A stretch of DNA of 64,000 nt from Candidatus Latescibacterota bacterium. GTDB lineage: Bacteria > Latescibacterota > UBA2968 > GCA-2709665. Below the pieces are notes generated by a model. The model worked only from the letters and a program-made list of their open reading frames with translations, was not told the DNA's origin and did no database searches. Location of the stretch: positions 576,001 through 640,000 of the forward strand of contig CAXXXF010000006.1 in assembly GCA_963667175.2 (NCBI GenBank). Direction: 5' to 3'. Shown piece after piece: positions 27,609 to 38,675 of this stretch. The translations under genes were made by a program, and so were the position numbers. Positions within the stretch are counted from its first letter, which is position 1; every line of letters starts with the position of its first letter.

Positions 27609-28454
27609 CTACGTGACAAGATCAAACGGCAAGTCTGCAATATCTCGGAGACGATTGCCGATAATCATCGTATCCAAAGAATCCTGGACGGCTTCGTTTC
27701 GACTCTCTTTGGTGACCTTCACAAGTTCATTAAGGCAGAAGTGGTAGACACAATCGATATCGCCGGTTCCCAATGCGAGAGACGCGATTCGGGTTGGCAT
27801 TGGTTCGGCCGTCACCACGGCGATATGGGGGGTGTGCCCTTTACGGTTACGTATCAGGTTCAAGCCTTCCGTTCGGGCATTCTGCGACCGATCACTTCGA
27901 AGAGTCAATTTGCACGAAATGCTCGCGTGCAGTATTGGAGACGCTTCTTCCTGATTTGTCCGACGTAGCGGCGTCAAGTACGGGATGCCACCCTCGTGTA
28001 CGATTACCCAATGCTTGTTTATCGCCTCGTCTGCAACAGGTGTGCGCGCAACGATGACCTCGGGCTTGACGACATAATCACCAAGGGCCGTCTGAGCCAC
28101 CTTATTGGCTTGGATCAGTTCATTCAGGGTAGCCAAATGTCGGTATTGCACGAATTCCGATATATCGCCGTGCACAGAATAAATCCAATCCGCTGGACGA
28201 AGATGTTCGAGGACTTTCATGGTTGATTTAATGAATTCCCGTACTGCCGCTTCAAACTTGCTCCCGGCGGTTTGACCGCTTATTCTGGTGCTCCCAAGCG
28301 AATAGCCAAATTCCTCAATGATCCCGCGCGCCAACGAACAACTGAGATTGCTGCTGGTGTCGGCAATGCTCGGGGTTCGATCTCTTTTCAAGAATATCGC
28401 TCCAGAACAGACTTGCCGTTGAAATTGCTCGCGCAGTTTTGCGATTTCAGCCAT
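27609..28454 (-). CDS. Type II restriction endonuclease, NgoMIV family
   Basis: GQTAGSKFE, LHASISCKLTLRSDRSQNARTEGLNLIRNRKG, VTAEPMPTRIASLALGTGDIDCVYH. Confidence 0.9.
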   Translation of the reverse strand: MAEIAKLREQFQRQVCSGAIFLKRDRTPSIADTSSNLSCSLARGIIEEFGYSLGSTRISGQTAGSKFEAAVREFIKSTMKVLEHLRPADWIYSVHGDISEFVQYRHLATLNELIQANKVAQTALGDYVVKPEVIVARTPVADEAINKHWVIVHEGGIPYLTPLRRTNQEEASPILHASISCKLTLRSDRSQNARTEGLNLIRNRKGHTPHIAVVTAEPMPTRIASLALGTGDIDCVYHFCLNELVKVTKESRNEAVQDSLDTMIIGNRLRDIADLPFDLVT

Positions 28455-28459
28455 CAGAT

Positions 28460-29896
28460 TCAGCCTTTATTGGGTTTGATGTAGCCAATAACATATTCCT
28501 GGTGCATACGCTGTTGAATTTGTGACGATTTATCGAGCGTGGCGCTCGCAGGGAGCATGCGCCGATTCCTGTCTAGTTTTCTGATCCCGATCGCAGGAAC
28601 GTCGAATCCGATTGACCGGCCAATATCGGCCAGACAGTCAGCCGTCTCCGTATCTCGACCGCGCATTATGGAACTTCCAACAACGACGATGGCCGCCTTG
28701 CCGGGCCGAAGGACGCGATGCATCTCGCGAAGAACTCTGGTCATCTCCGAGTAGTATCGGTGCAGTACTCTACCCTTCTTCGCATCGCGTTTGGCGACGT
28801 CATTGACAACGCCAAGTGTATGGGAGGGAAGGGTCTCCAACACCAAACCAGTAGTTGCCTCACCTCCGATAGTCTGACTGCGCCTGTGGCCAAGATCTTT
28901 CACCGAGAAGCCCATCCACACCAGCGAGAATTTGTGGGCGCGCATATAGTCAATCGCATTCGACGCATATGGCGGTGAGGTGACAATTAGATTGACACAA
29001 TTGTCGCATAGAGGTAATCTTTGCGCGTCACCGTGCTCGATGACAGGCTGTTGAAGATCACGGTCCAGTTCTGGAAGTTGGGCTAAATTTCTCCTGAACC
29101 GCTGGTGAAATTCTCCAAATGGCGACCGCAATTGCTTGGATATGAATCGGAGTCGAGGACGCTGCTGATCCAGTTGCTCCTTACCACAGAGGAGTTCGCC
29201 CTTCGTATCGTACACCACCTTCGCTCGATGCGGACGGGTGTGTGCCAGGTCCAGCGCGAGCGAGACACCGCCTGACTTTGTGATGATGATCGCGGAAAAA
29301 ACGACTTCGAAGAACGCAGCGAGGGCTTCGACAGAACTTGACCGGATGTCAGATCCTGACGGGATCCGACGAATCTCCGACATCAGCGAGGCCAGATCCC
29401 TCTGAGTGGCACGGTCAAACCAATAATCGACAAATCTGGACGTATTTGCGTCCCAGTCTCGATGACAGGCCTTTCTTTGACGCTCACGTCGATCATCCGA
29501 AAATAACGCTACTCTGTTGAGGATAGCATTACCCACTCGAATGACTTCGCGATGATCAACCGACGTCGACTTTGACTTCGCGATCAGTACCGCCAGCGGG
29601 TCCGTGTCGAATCCTACAGGCTTCCGGTTCGCCAGGAGTGCTTCGACAAGCGTCGTGCCGGAACCCATCATGGGATCGAGCACCGCATCTCCGGGTTCCG
29701 TCAGGGCATTGATGAATTTCCGAGGCAGTTGCGGCGGAAACTTGGCCGGAAATGCATGAAATTGGTGAGACGCATAGTTGCTGTTATCCGAATGGAAATC
29801 GAGATCCTCCGCCAGCAGCGCAATGAGTTTCTCGCGGGTCGTTCCGTCTATGTTTCCACGCGTTTCGGAAAATATGGAAAGCTGTGAGGCCTGCAT
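28460..29896 (-). CDS. Amino-DNA methyltransferase (likely m4C)
   Basis: HAFPAKFPP, LDPMMGSGTT (motif I) precedes VTSPPY (motif IV). Confidence 0.88.
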   Translation of the reverse strand: MQASQLSIFSETRGNIDGTTREKLIALLAEDLDFHSDNSNYASHQFHAFPAKFPPQLPRKFINALTEPGDAVLDPMMGSGTTLVEALLANRKPVGFDTDPLAVLIAKSKSTSVDHREVIRVGNAILNRVALFSDDRRERQRKACHRDWDANTSRFVDYWFDRATQRDLASLMSEIRRIPSGSDIRSSSVEALAAFFEVVFSAIIITKSGGVSLALDLAHTRPHRAKVVYDTKGELLCGKEQLDQQRPRLRFISKQLRSPFGEFHQRFRRNLAQLPELDRDLQQPVIEHGDAQRLPLCDNCVNLIVTSPPYASNAIDYMRAHKFSLVWMGFSVKDLGHRRSQTIGGEATTGLVLETLPSHTLGVVNDVAKRDAKKGRVLHRYYSEMTRVLREMHRVLRPGKAAIVVVGSSIMRGRDTETADCLADIGRSIGFDVPAIGIRKLDRNRRMLPASATLDKSSQIQQRMHQEYVIGYIKPNKG

Positions 29897-30272
29897 ATCC
29901 TGAGTCTTTTCAATCGTTCAGAAACGGTCCCATGAAAGAATATCTGCCGCAACGGTTCGGACCGACCGATAGTTCGATACAGCTGGTGGAGTTACGTACG
30001 CACGACTAATATAGTGATATTTTGTTCACTATGCAAGATGGCGTCGTACCTTTCATGTGATAGTCTGTTACAGACCTTCCGGTCGGATCCGGCCGATCCG
30101 GTTCATCTGAACATCGATCATAGGCAGACGATATACAGTATTTCTTGTGGTTTCACAAGAAATCCCATTCCAGGCGGGAGTGTGATGGTATTCCGTCCGA
30201 CAGTTGACAGCCGGATGCGACTGCAATATACTGTTGCGTTTGCGTTTCTCAAGCCATTTCCCGGAGCACGCT

Positions 30273-30671
30273 ATGGTAGGGGTTCTCGTCTTTCTCGCGC
30301 TGATATCAACCGCTGAAGGCAACCCGTCGATGTCCGCCAGGCACGTGGCGACCGTCGTTTCCGTCTACGACGGCGACACCATCACGGTTGACGTGGTCCT
30401 CTGGCCTGGCCTGACCTGGCGCGGAAAGGTACGGGTGCGAGGCGTGGATACGCCGGAGATTCAGACGAAGAGCAAGAAGGAAAAAAGGCGGGCGCTGCTG
30501 GCACGTGATTTTGTGCGGCAACGGATCGGAAAGACCGTTTATCTGGAAAACGTGAAACTGGGCAACTTCGCGGGGCGGGTGGTGGCGACCGTCCGGCTTC
30601 AGGACGGATCAGACCTCGCGAAGGTGTTGATCCGTGCGGGGCACGGAAAGGCGTACAAGCGGAGACGATAA
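30273..30671 (+). CDS. Thermonuclease (SNase-like)
   Basis: VYDGDTI, VRVRGVDTPE, GRVVA, LIRAGHG. Confidence 0.85.
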   Translation: MVGVLVFLALISTAEGNPSMSARHVATVVSVYDGDTITVDVVLWPGLTWRGKVRVRGVDTPEIQTKSKKEKRRALLARDFVRQRIGKTVYLENVKLGNFAGRVVATVRLQDGSDLAKVLIRAGHGKAYKRRR

Positions 30672-30760
30672 AAAAAGGAAGAAGGAAAAACGAAGAAGGA
30701 AGAAGGAAAAACGAAGAACGAAGACTTCTCGGTAACTCTTCCTTCTTACTTCCCGTTTTC
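30672..30760. repeat. Purine heptamer tract followed by complementary pyrimidine tract
   Basis: aggaaga-aggaaaa-acgaaga units repeated twice, then ttccttcttacttccc, between convergent genes. Confidence 0.6.
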
Positions 30761-30781
30761 AATGAGCCCGGCGCGTGGTTT

Positions 30782-31525
30782 TTACTTGAGAGAGATGATG
30801 TCGCGCTGTGACGGGGTGAGGCGGTCCGCGAAGCCGGGACTGAACCGCAGATGCTGCCCGCCCCAATCGGGCATATAGCCGATGCTGTAACAATAGTAGA
30901 GCGAGCGGCGCGGGCGGCCGGACACGTTCACCGTGGACCCGTGGGTGAGCGCTTCGGTAAACAGGATGGCATCGCCGGCGCGCGCCGGAACCGGCTGTAA
31001 GGGAGGATTCTCGTCCGGGTGGCCTCCCCAGGGTCTCGCGAAATTGCTCTTGTGCGCGCCCGGGATCACCGCGAAGCAGCCGTCTTTGGGCCCGCAGTCG
31101 ATCATCGGGAAGACCGCCTTGGTCAGCGTGGAGACCATCTGTCCGTTGCGGCAGTGGTACTGGCATTTCGGAAGGATCGGCGTGCCGTGCATGTGCATCC
31201 CGGTATAGCCCCCGCCCCAGCGATAGATCGTGTAGGTGTGGTTCAGACGAAAGGGCCCGCCGGTGACGCATTCGACGGCGTCCAGCATTTCGGGAAGTTC
31301 CATGAGCGGCAGAAATACGTCGTCGCCCTCGATGACGTTCGAAATATACAGGTTTTCCGGGCTGCGTACCTGGCCCAGGACCAGCGGCGGCGGGTATTCC
31401 GCCGGGTCCATCGCCTCGAACCGGTCCAGCGCGGCGTTGCAAGCCGCCACCCTTTCCGGCGGGACGACCTGCTCCAGAACAATGTAACCCTGCAGGTCGA
31501 ACAGGTATTTCTGCTCCTGAGTCAT
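30782..31525 (-). CDS. Phytanoyl-CoA dioxygenase (PhyH) family protein
   Basis: KYLFDLQGY, IPGAHKSN, AGDAILFTEALTHG. Confidence 0.85.
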   Translation of the reverse strand: MTQEQKYLFDLQGYIVLEQVVPPERVAACNAALDRFEAMDPAEYPPPLVLGQVRSPENLYISNVIEGDDVFLPLMELPEMLDAVECVTGGPFRLNHTYTIYRWGGGYTGMHMHGTPILPKCQYHCRNGQMVSTLTKAVFPMIDCGPKDGCFAVIPGAHKSNFARPWGGHPDENPPLQPVPARAGDAILFTEALTHGSTVNVSGRPRRSLYYCYSIGYMPDWGGQHLRFSPGFADRLTPSQRDIISLK

Positions 31526-31573
31526 TTCGCCTCCATATTCACCGATTCAATCCACGTACAAATGGGGAATCCG

Positions 31574-32752
31574 ATGTCCAATCCGAACGTTCAACCGCTC
31601 GCGCAGGATTTCGTCATTGCCGCGCGCGTGCCCGATCCAGTGCGGTATTTCTTCCACGACCCCGACCTCACGCGCCTGGACGACGGCACGCTGCTGCTGG
31701 CCGCGCCGCAGTGGCGCCGCCCGGGCTGGGATTACTCCCGCCGTCTGCGACTCCTGCGTAGCGACGACGGTGGTCGAACGTGGGAAGAACTGCCCGGGCT
31801 GCCCTATGAAGAGGCCACCCCCTTCGTGCTGGACGGGCGACTCCTCATGTTCGTCCAGGAAAAATGCCACAAGGACTTCCTCATTGTGGCCAGCGACGAC
31901 AAGGGCGAAAGCTGGACCGACCCCGTAACCGTGATTAAAGGGCCCATCTGGAATATCTCCACGTCCCGTGTCCTGCGCCCCGAGGCGCTCTACTGGGCAA
32001 TGGACTTCGACCTGCCCAACCAGGGGCATGGGGGAAAGACGATGCTCCGAGTGGACCGGAGCATGTCGCCCCTTGACCCGGGAGCATGGACGCTCTCCAA
32101 CATCGTGCGGCAGCCGGAGATCCCGGCCGCGATGACCCGCAATCTCTTTCCCGACGGCAATCGCCCCCAGCTTGCCGGCGGCTGGAGAGACCCTCTGGTC
32201 TGGCTGGAACCGAATACCGTTGAGGTCAGCGGCCGCATCCGCGCCTTCTGCCGCTGCGTTTTCGACGAATACGCGGCCGCCCACGTCGCCGCGGTATTCG
32301 ACTACGATCCGGAGGCGCATCAACTGAGTTTCACGCAGTTCGCGGCCTGGCCGGGCGCGCAGTGCAAGTTCTACGTCATCCACGATCACACGGAATCCAT
32401 GTACTGGATGCTGAGCAACCTCATCACCAACTCCCAGGACCTTCTGGGTTGGGGCGAACGGATGCGCGAGTCCGGATATCACGGAGGACCGGGCAACGAA
32501 CGGCGCTGGCTCTACCTGCACTACAGTATCGACTGCCTGAACTGGTTCCCCGCGGGCTGCGTGGCGCGTTGGCCGGACAACGTCTACCGGAGCTTCATGT
32601 ATCCCAGCGCGGTCGTGGACGGAGACGATTTCGTTGTGCTATCGCGCACCAGTCGGGATTCGGGCGACCAGCACGACGCCGACCTCTGCACCATCCATCG
32701 CATTCAAAACTACCGCAGCCTGGCCATGGACCTCCACGCGGGCGGACTTTAA
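31574..32752 (+). CDS. BNR/Asp-box beta-propeller (sialidase-like)
   Basis: SDDGGRTW, SDDKGESW Asp boxes. Confidence 0.7.
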   Translation: MSNPNVQPLAQDFVIAARVPDPVRYFFHDPDLTRLDDGTLLLAAPQWRRPGWDYSRRLRLLRSDDGGRTWEELPGLPYEEATPFVLDGRLLMFVQEKCHKDFLIVASDDKGESWTDPVTVIKGPIWNISTSRVLRPEALYWAMDFDLPNQGHGGKTMLRVDRSMSPLDPGAWTLSNIVRQPEIPAAMTRNLFPDGNRPQLAGGWRDPLVWLEPNTVEVSGRIRAFCRCVFDEYAAAHVAAVFDYDPEAHQLSFTQFAAWPGAQCKFYVIHDHTESMYWMLSNLITNSQDLLGWGERMRESGYHGGPGNERRWLYLHYSIDCLNWFPAGCVARWPDNVYRSFMYPSAVVDGDDFVVLSRTSRDSGDQHDADLCTIHRIQNYRSLAMDLHAGGL

Positions 32753-32762
32753 CCGAACGGGT

Positions 32763-33494
32763 TCAGGTGTTCGCGAGGATCTCGAGATACGCCTTCACCG
32801 TGTTCGCCAGCCCCATCTCCAGCGCCTCGCCGATCAGCGCGTGGCCGATGGAGACCTCCAGCACACCCGGGATTGAACAGAACCTGCCCAGGTTCTCCAG
32901 GTTCAGATCGTGCCCGGCGTTGACGCCAAGCCCCGCCTCCTGAGCGACGGCCGCCGCCTTTGCATAGCCCTCGAAAACCCCGTCCAGATTCTCGTTCTCC
33001 CGGAATGCCGTCGCATAGGGCTCCGTGTACAGCTCGATCCGGTCGGCGCCGACCATCGCGGCCCTCGGGATCTCATCCGAGCCGTAATCCATAAACAGGC
33101 TCACCCGGCTGCCCAGCGCCTTCAATTCCTGAATGACGGGCTTCAGACGGTCGCCGTCCTTCGACAGATTCCAGCCGTGGTCCGACGTGAACGCGTCCGG
33201 CGAATCCGGCACCAGCGTACATTGGGTGGGTCGGACCGCACGCACGACGTCGAGATACCCCGCCTCGAAGGGATTCCCCTCGATATTGAACTCCACGTCC
33301 GTGACGAGCGCGTTCAGCTCGTACACGTCCGAGGGCCGGATATGCCTCTCATCGGGCCGGGGATGGACCGTGATCCCGTACGCCCCGGCATCGATACAGA
33401 TCCGTGCGGCCCGGGTCACGCTCGGGATGCCGATGGTCCGCGTGTTCCGGAGCAGCGCCACCTTGTTCACGTTCACGCTGAGTCGGGTCATCAC
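32763..33494 (-). CDS. pdxJ: Pyridoxine 5'-phosphate synthase
   Basis: [40 protein letters not shown]. Confidence 0.95.
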   Translation of the reverse strand: MMTRLSVNVNKVALLRNTRTIGIPSVTRAARICIDAGAYGITVHPRPDERHIRPSDVYELNALVTDVEFNIEGNPFEAGYLDVVRAVRPTQCTLVPDSPDAFTSDHGWNLSKDGDRLKPVIQELKALGSRVSLFMDYGSDEIPRAAMVGADRIELYTEPYATAFRENENLDGVFEGYAKAAAVAQEAGLGVNAGHDLNLENLGRFCSIPGVLEVSIGHALIGEALEMGLANTVKAYLEILANT

Positions 33495-33780
33495 AATCGC
33501 CTTTCATTGATGCCGGTGAGACGTCAGGTCCGGCAGACAACACAGGGGCTCCAACTCATCGAAATATAGCGTCTGCGAATACTCGTCACAAGAGGCAATC
33601 TTCGGCTCCTATCGGATACGGACAAACCGGCGGAGCCAGAAGATTCGCCGGACGGAGCCAGGTTCTCCGGTGGGCAATTTCCTTGCGGGATGCAAATCCG
33701 CCGCGTTATATTTGGTCTGAAGCTCCAGGTATGGCGAATCAAAGGCAGCACGTCCCTTTTGGATTACCCTGTCCACGGCT

Positions 33781-34359
33781 ATGTCGAATCCGCAGCTTGT
33801 CGTTATCGGAGGACCCAATGGCGCCGGCAAAAGCACGGCCGCGCCGCACCTGTTGCGAGACACTCTGGACGTGGCCGAATTTGTAAACGCCGACGCCATT
33901 GCGTCAGGGCTTTCAGAATTTCACCCGGAGTCGGCCGCTCTTCAGGCGGGCAGGGTCATGTTGCGCCGCCTACGCCAGCTGGCATCGGACCGAACGGACT
34001 TTGCTTTTGAGTCGACGCTCGCGAGCCGCAGCCTGGCCCTCTGGATCCGCCACCTGAAATTCGACGGATACGTCTTCCGCCTGGCTTTTTTGTGGCTGCC
34101 CGGTCCGGAAGTGGCCTTTGCACGCGTGGCAGCGCGGGTTCGCGCAGGAGGACACAACGTTCCGGAATCGACAATCCGGCGACGGTACTACTCCGGGCTT
34201 GGTAACTTTTTCAAACTGTATCGTCCCATTGCGGATGATTGGCGTTTCTACGATAATACCGAAATCTCGGGACCCCGTTTGATCGCATTGGGAAGAAGCA
34301 CTGCAGCTATCGAAGTTCGCAACGTCAATCTATGGACGCACATTGAGGAAGGCATATAG
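33781..34359 (+). CDS. Zeta-toxin-like P-loop kinase
   Basis: GGPNGAGKST, FVNADAIA, FESTL, RVRAGGHNVP, FYDN. Confidence 0.85.
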   Translation: MSNPQLVVIGGPNGAGKSTAAPHLLRDTLDVAEFVNADAIASGLSEFHPESAALQAGRVMLRRLRQLASDRTDFAFESTLASRSLALWIRHLKFDGYVFRLAFLWLPGPEVAFARVAARVRAGGHNVPESTIRRRYYSGLGNFFKLYRPIADDWRFYDNTEISGPRLIALGRSTAAIEVRNVNLWTHIEEGI

Positions 34360-34573
34360 GGCCGTGCGAAGGTCATCCGGAAAAGACATCGACGAAATCT
34401 TCAGAGAAGGCACACCGATAGACAAAGCCTTGAAGGATGCCGTTCGAGAAGCGATCATACATCATAAGCGCAACGGGAATTCGGTCGTAACCTGGCGAGA
34501 CGGAAAAGTCGTGTGGATCCCTGCCGATCAGATCGAAGTGGACGTGGATGCCGGCGAGGAATCCGTCGGATGA
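34343..34573 (+). CDS. Small partner protein of the zeta-like toxin
   Basis: AVREAIIHHKRNGNSVVTWRDGKVVWIP; overlaps the toxin stop. Confidence 0.7.
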   Translation: MRKAYRAVRRSSGKDIDEIFREGTPIDKALKDAVREAIIHHKRNGNSVVTWRDGKVVWIPADQIEVDVDAGEESVG

Positions 34574-36011
34574 ATCCAGCCAACCTCCTCTTCATCCTCT
34601 CCGACCAGCACGCGCGGGACATCACGGGCTGCTACGGCCACCCCGTGGTCCGGACGCCGAACATCGACAGCCTCGCCCAACGCGGGACCCGCTTCACCAG
34701 CGCCTATACGAACTGTCCCATCTGCGTGCCGGCCCGCGCCTCCCTGGCCACCGGGCGATACGTCCATCAGACTGGAAACTGGGACAACGCCTTCGCGTAC
34801 GACGGCAGCGTACCGAGTTGGGGGCGCCGTCTCAGGGAGCAGGGATTCCAGGTCGACTCCATCGGGAAACTGCACTTTCGCGCGGCGGATGACGACAATG
34901 GTTTTTCACGGGAAATCGATCCGCTGCACGTGGTGGACGGCGTGGGCGACGTCCTGAGCTGCATTCGGGAACAGCCGCCTTTCCGCAACAAACGTGGCGC
35001 TATCCTCAACGCCGGTCCCGGAGACTCGACCTATCTGCAGTACGACGTTTCGAACGCCGACCGCGCGTGCGCCTGGCTGGCAGAGCATCGCGACGACGAC
35101 AGGCCCTGGGTCCTGTTCCTCTCGTTTGTCTGTCCCCACCCGCCCTACGTCGCGCCGCCGGATCTCTTCGAGTCCTATTCGCCCGATCGGCTTCCCCTGC
35201 CCCCCAGTGGCATCCCGACGACTGGCCCGCCCACCCGGCCATCCGGCGCTTCAGACGGTTCTTCCACTACGACCGGCCTTTTTCCGAATCCGTATTGCGC
35301 AATCTCACCGCTGCCTATTACGGCGCCTGTACTCACCTGGACCGCCAGATCGGTCGCGTATTGAACACGCTCGACGAACAGGACCTTGCCGACACCACGC
35401 GTGTCCTTTACACCTCGGACCACGGGGAATCCCTGGGCGCGCGAGGCCTGTTCGGCAAGTTCACGATGTACGAAGAAGCCGCATCAATCCCGCTCATCCT
35501 CGCCGGCCCGGACGTCCCGCGGGGCCGCGTCGTGGACACGCCGGTATCCCTGGTGGATTGCTTCCCCACCGTTCTGGAATGCGCCGGCGCCGCGCCCGGT
35601 CCACAGCGTCTTCCCGGACGGTCGCTGTGGCAGATCGCACAAAGCGACGACGCGGACCGGACCGTTTTCAGCGAGTACCACGCCGTTGGCTCGCGCAACG
35701 CCATTTATATGCTTCGCGACCGGACCTGGAAATACGTACACTACGTGGAAGATCCGCCGCAACTCTTCAACCTCGAAGAGGACCCGATGGAAACGACGGA
35801 CCTCTCGGGATCTACGGAGCATCAATCCACACTGGTGTCGTTCGAGCGGCGGCTGCGCGAACTTCTGAATCCCGAAACCACGGATGCGCGCGCCAAGGCG
35901 GACCAGCTGGCGAAAATCGCGTCTTTCGGCGGCGCAGAAGCCGTTCGAAGCCGGGGCGCATTCGACAACTCGCCGGTGCCTGGCGAAGCGCCGGCTTTCC
36001 GGGTCCACTGA
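34570..36011 (+). pseudogene. Choline-sulfatase-like sulfatase with one frameshift
   Basis: LSDQH, CVPARAS, GKLH in first frame; YTSDHGE in second; C6 run at 35200-35205 needs C7. Confidence 0.8.
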
Positions 36012-36078
36012 ACGGCGGGCGCGATACGAGCGGCAACCCATCTCTTCAACTTTCAGTTTTCCGAGGGGAGTCCCTACC

Positions 36079-36831
36079 GTGACCGACGAAGAAAAATTCT
36101 GCTTCGATCTCGAGGGCTATCTGGTGGTCCGGAACGTCCTTGACGACGGCGACCTGACACGGCTCAACGCTCGTGCGGAACGGGCCGTGCCGGATTGGGG
36201 CGACTCCGGCATCAGCACCGCCGGTCGGGTTTCTCAATGGGGTCCGGCTTTTCAGGCGCTGATGGACCACGATACGATCGTGCCTTATCTGGTCGAATTG
36301 CTGAGCCCTAAATTCCGCATCGACCACGATTACTGCATCTTCATGAAAAGAGGAGCGACGCGCGGCGGCCTGCACGGCGGCGAGACGGACACCGAGGCGG
36401 ACCACTGGTACACATATCGGGACGGCGTGATGCGCAACGGACTGACCGTGGTCACCTACTTTCTTTCACCTGCAAGGGCCGGTGACGGCGGATTCGCCTG
36501 CATCCCCGGAAGCCATAAATCCAACTTCGTTAACCGGCTGCCCCGGGACGTGCGGCGCTTCGAACGCGACGCCCATTACGTGGTACAGCCCGAAGTGGAC
36601 GCCGGTGACGCCCTCATTTTTACAGAGGCGCTCATCCACGGCACGAAGCCCTGGACGGCCGACCACGATCGGCGCGCCCTGCTCTACAAGTACAGTCCCG
36701 GGCACTCGGCCTGGTCACAGGGATATTACAACCCCGAGGAGTACGCGGACCTGACGGAGCAACAGCGACGCCTGATGGCGCCACCCTCCGTTGGACGACG
36801 CCCGGATACGGTTGGATTGGCGAACGATTAG
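36079..36831 (+). CDS. PhyH-family dioxygenase
   Basis: KFCFDLEGY, IPGSHKSN, AGDALIFTEALIHG. Confidence 0.85.
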   Translation: MTDEEKFCFDLEGYLVVRNVLDDGDLTRLNARAERAVPDWGDSGISTAGRVSQWGPAFQALMDHDTIVPYLVELLSPKFRIDHDYCIFMKRGATRGGLHGGETDTEADHWYTYRDGVMRNGLTVVTYFLSPARAGDGGFACIPGSHKSNFVNRLPRDVRRFERDAHYVVQPEVDAGDALIFTEALIHGTKPWTADHDRRALLYKYSPGHSAWSQGYYNPEEYADLTEQQRRLMAPPSVGRRPDTVGLAND

Positions 36832-36965
36832 CCCCGGTCGCGCCCGTTTCCACCGTCTGTTTCCGGCAGGGAACGGGCGTTAGTATCCGGGAGACACCAC
36901 GTTTCGCGCAACGACCCCGGACCGGCCATTCTTCAGGATTAGTGGAATCGATAGGAGACCCTGCA

Positions 36966-38426
36966 ATGCCCGCGCTCGATCCCTGTCCGCTATTCATCAA
37001 CGGGGAATGGGTCGCGCCCTCCGGGACGGCAACCGAACCGGTCTTCAATCCCTCGGAAGGCACGATCATTTCCGCAACGCCCATGTGCGGCGCCGATGAA
37101 GTAGACCGCGCCGTCAGCGCCGCGAGTGCCGCGTTTCCGGCCTGGGCCGAAACCCCCGCCGTCGATCGCGCCCGCCTCATGTTTCGCTTCAAGGAACTCC
37201 TGGAAAAACACTTCGAGGAACTTTCACGGATCGTCACCCGCGAACACGGCAAGACCCTCGACGAGTCCCGGGGGTCCGTCCGGCGCGGGATCGAAGTCGT
37301 GGAATTCGCCTGCGGGGCGCCCTCCCTGTTGATGGGCGAGGCCCTGGAAAACATCGCGCCCGATATCGACTGCGACACGATCCGGCAGCCGCTCGGCGTA
37401 TGCGCGGGCATCACCCCGTTCAACTTCCCGATTATGGTGCCGCTGTGGACCCTGCCCGTCGCGCTCGCGTGCGGAAATACGTTCGTACTCAAACCCTCCG
37501 AGAAGGTGCCGCTCAGCGCGATTCGAATGGTGGAACTCCTCGAAGAGGCGGGTCTTCCCCAGGGCGTTCTCAACCTGGTCCATGGCGGCCGTGACGCCGC
37601 GGATGCCCTGCTGCATCACCCGGACGTGCGCACCGTGTCCTTTGTCGGTTCCACGCCCGTGGCCCGATACATTTACGAGACGGCCACGCGAAACGGCAAG
37701 CGGGTGCAGTCCGCGGGAGGCGCAAAGAACTATATGGTCGTCCTTCCCGACGCCGAACCGGATGCCACGATAGACGCGGTGATGGGATCCGCGTACGGGT
37801 GCGCCGGCGAGAGGTGCATGGCGGGCAGCGTGCTCGTATGCGCGCACGATGCGGCAGAGCGGTTTCTGCCCAGGCTGAACGACGCGGCGCGCAATTTGCG
37901 CGTGGGCCCTACCGACAGGGACGCCGACGCGGAGATGGGGCCGCTGGTTACCGCCCAACACCTCGAAAGCGTACGAGGCGCCATCCGGACCGGCGTTTCC
38001 GAGGGCGCCGATCTGATCGTAGACGGGCGCGACGTGGTCGTGGACGAGTGTCCCGGCGGTTTCTATCTGGGGCCGACCGTCTTCGACCACGTACAGCCCG
38101 GGATGCGGATTGCCCGGGAGGAAATCTTCGGCCCGGTGCTGTCGGTGATGCGCACGGACGACCTGGATGCCGCCGTCGAGACCTGCAATAACAGCGGTTA
38201 CGGCAATGCCGCCGTGCTCTTTACCGGGAGCGGAGGCGCCGCGCGAACGTTCCGTCACCGCGTCAACGCCGGCATGGTGGGCATCAATACCGGCGTTCCG
38301 GCGCCGATGGCCTTCTTTCCCTTCTCCGGCTGGAACAACTCCTTCTTCGGCGATTTGCACGTCCAGGGTCACGAAGGCGTCTCCTTCTTTACCCGTCAGA
38401 AAGTCACCATCAGCCGCTGGGGATGA
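36966..38426 (+). CDS. mmsA: CoA-acylating methylmalonate-semialdehyde dehydrogenase
   Basis: ITPFNFP, SFVGST, GAKN, GCAGERCMA, EEIFGP. Confidence 0.9.
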   Translation: MPALDPCPLFINGEWVAPSGTATEPVFNPSEGTIISATPMCGADEVDRAVSAASAAFPAWAETPAVDRARLMFRFKELLEKHFEELSRIVTREHGKTLDESRGSVRRGIEVVEFACGAPSLLMGEALENIAPDIDCDTIRQPLGVCAGITPFNFPIMVPLWTLPVALACGNTFVLKPSEKVPLSAIRMVELLEEAGLPQGVLNLVHGGRDAADALLHHPDVRTVSFVGSTPVARYIYETATRNGKRVQSAGGAKNYMVVLPDAEPDATIDAVMGSAYGCAGERCMAGSVLVCAHDAAERFLPRLNDAARNLRVGPTDRDADAEMGPLVTAQHLESVRGAIRTGVSEGADLIVDGRDVVVDECPGGFYLGPTVFDHVQPGMRIAREEIFGPVLSVMRTDDLDAAVETCNNSGYGNAAVLFTGSGGAARTFRHRVNAGMVGINTGVPAPMAFFPFSGWNNSFFGDLHVQGHEGVSFFTRQKVTISRWG

Positions 38427-38675
38427 ATCTTGAACAAACGCCTTCGGAAAATCATCCGCGACGTCCTCTCTCTGCCCACGGCGCCTTTTTACGAAGACGC
38501 TGTTGCGGCATATATCCGGACCTTCGCCACGCGCTGGCCATCGATTCGCCCTTCGGAGAAACAAGAAACCCTATGAAGAAACGCTTTTCCGCCTCTTTCG
38601 AATCCAGGGAGAAACGCCTGCTCGCATAGCTGAAGTCTCTACCCGCAGACAGCCTGACCGCGGTCCTTAGAATCC

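Noticed and set aside
12030-30200. Defined att ends or integrase for the defence island
   Set aside because: No integrase or flanking direct repeats found by eye
38423-38629. 68-aa ORF after mmsA
   Set aside because: No motif support; possibly a remnant
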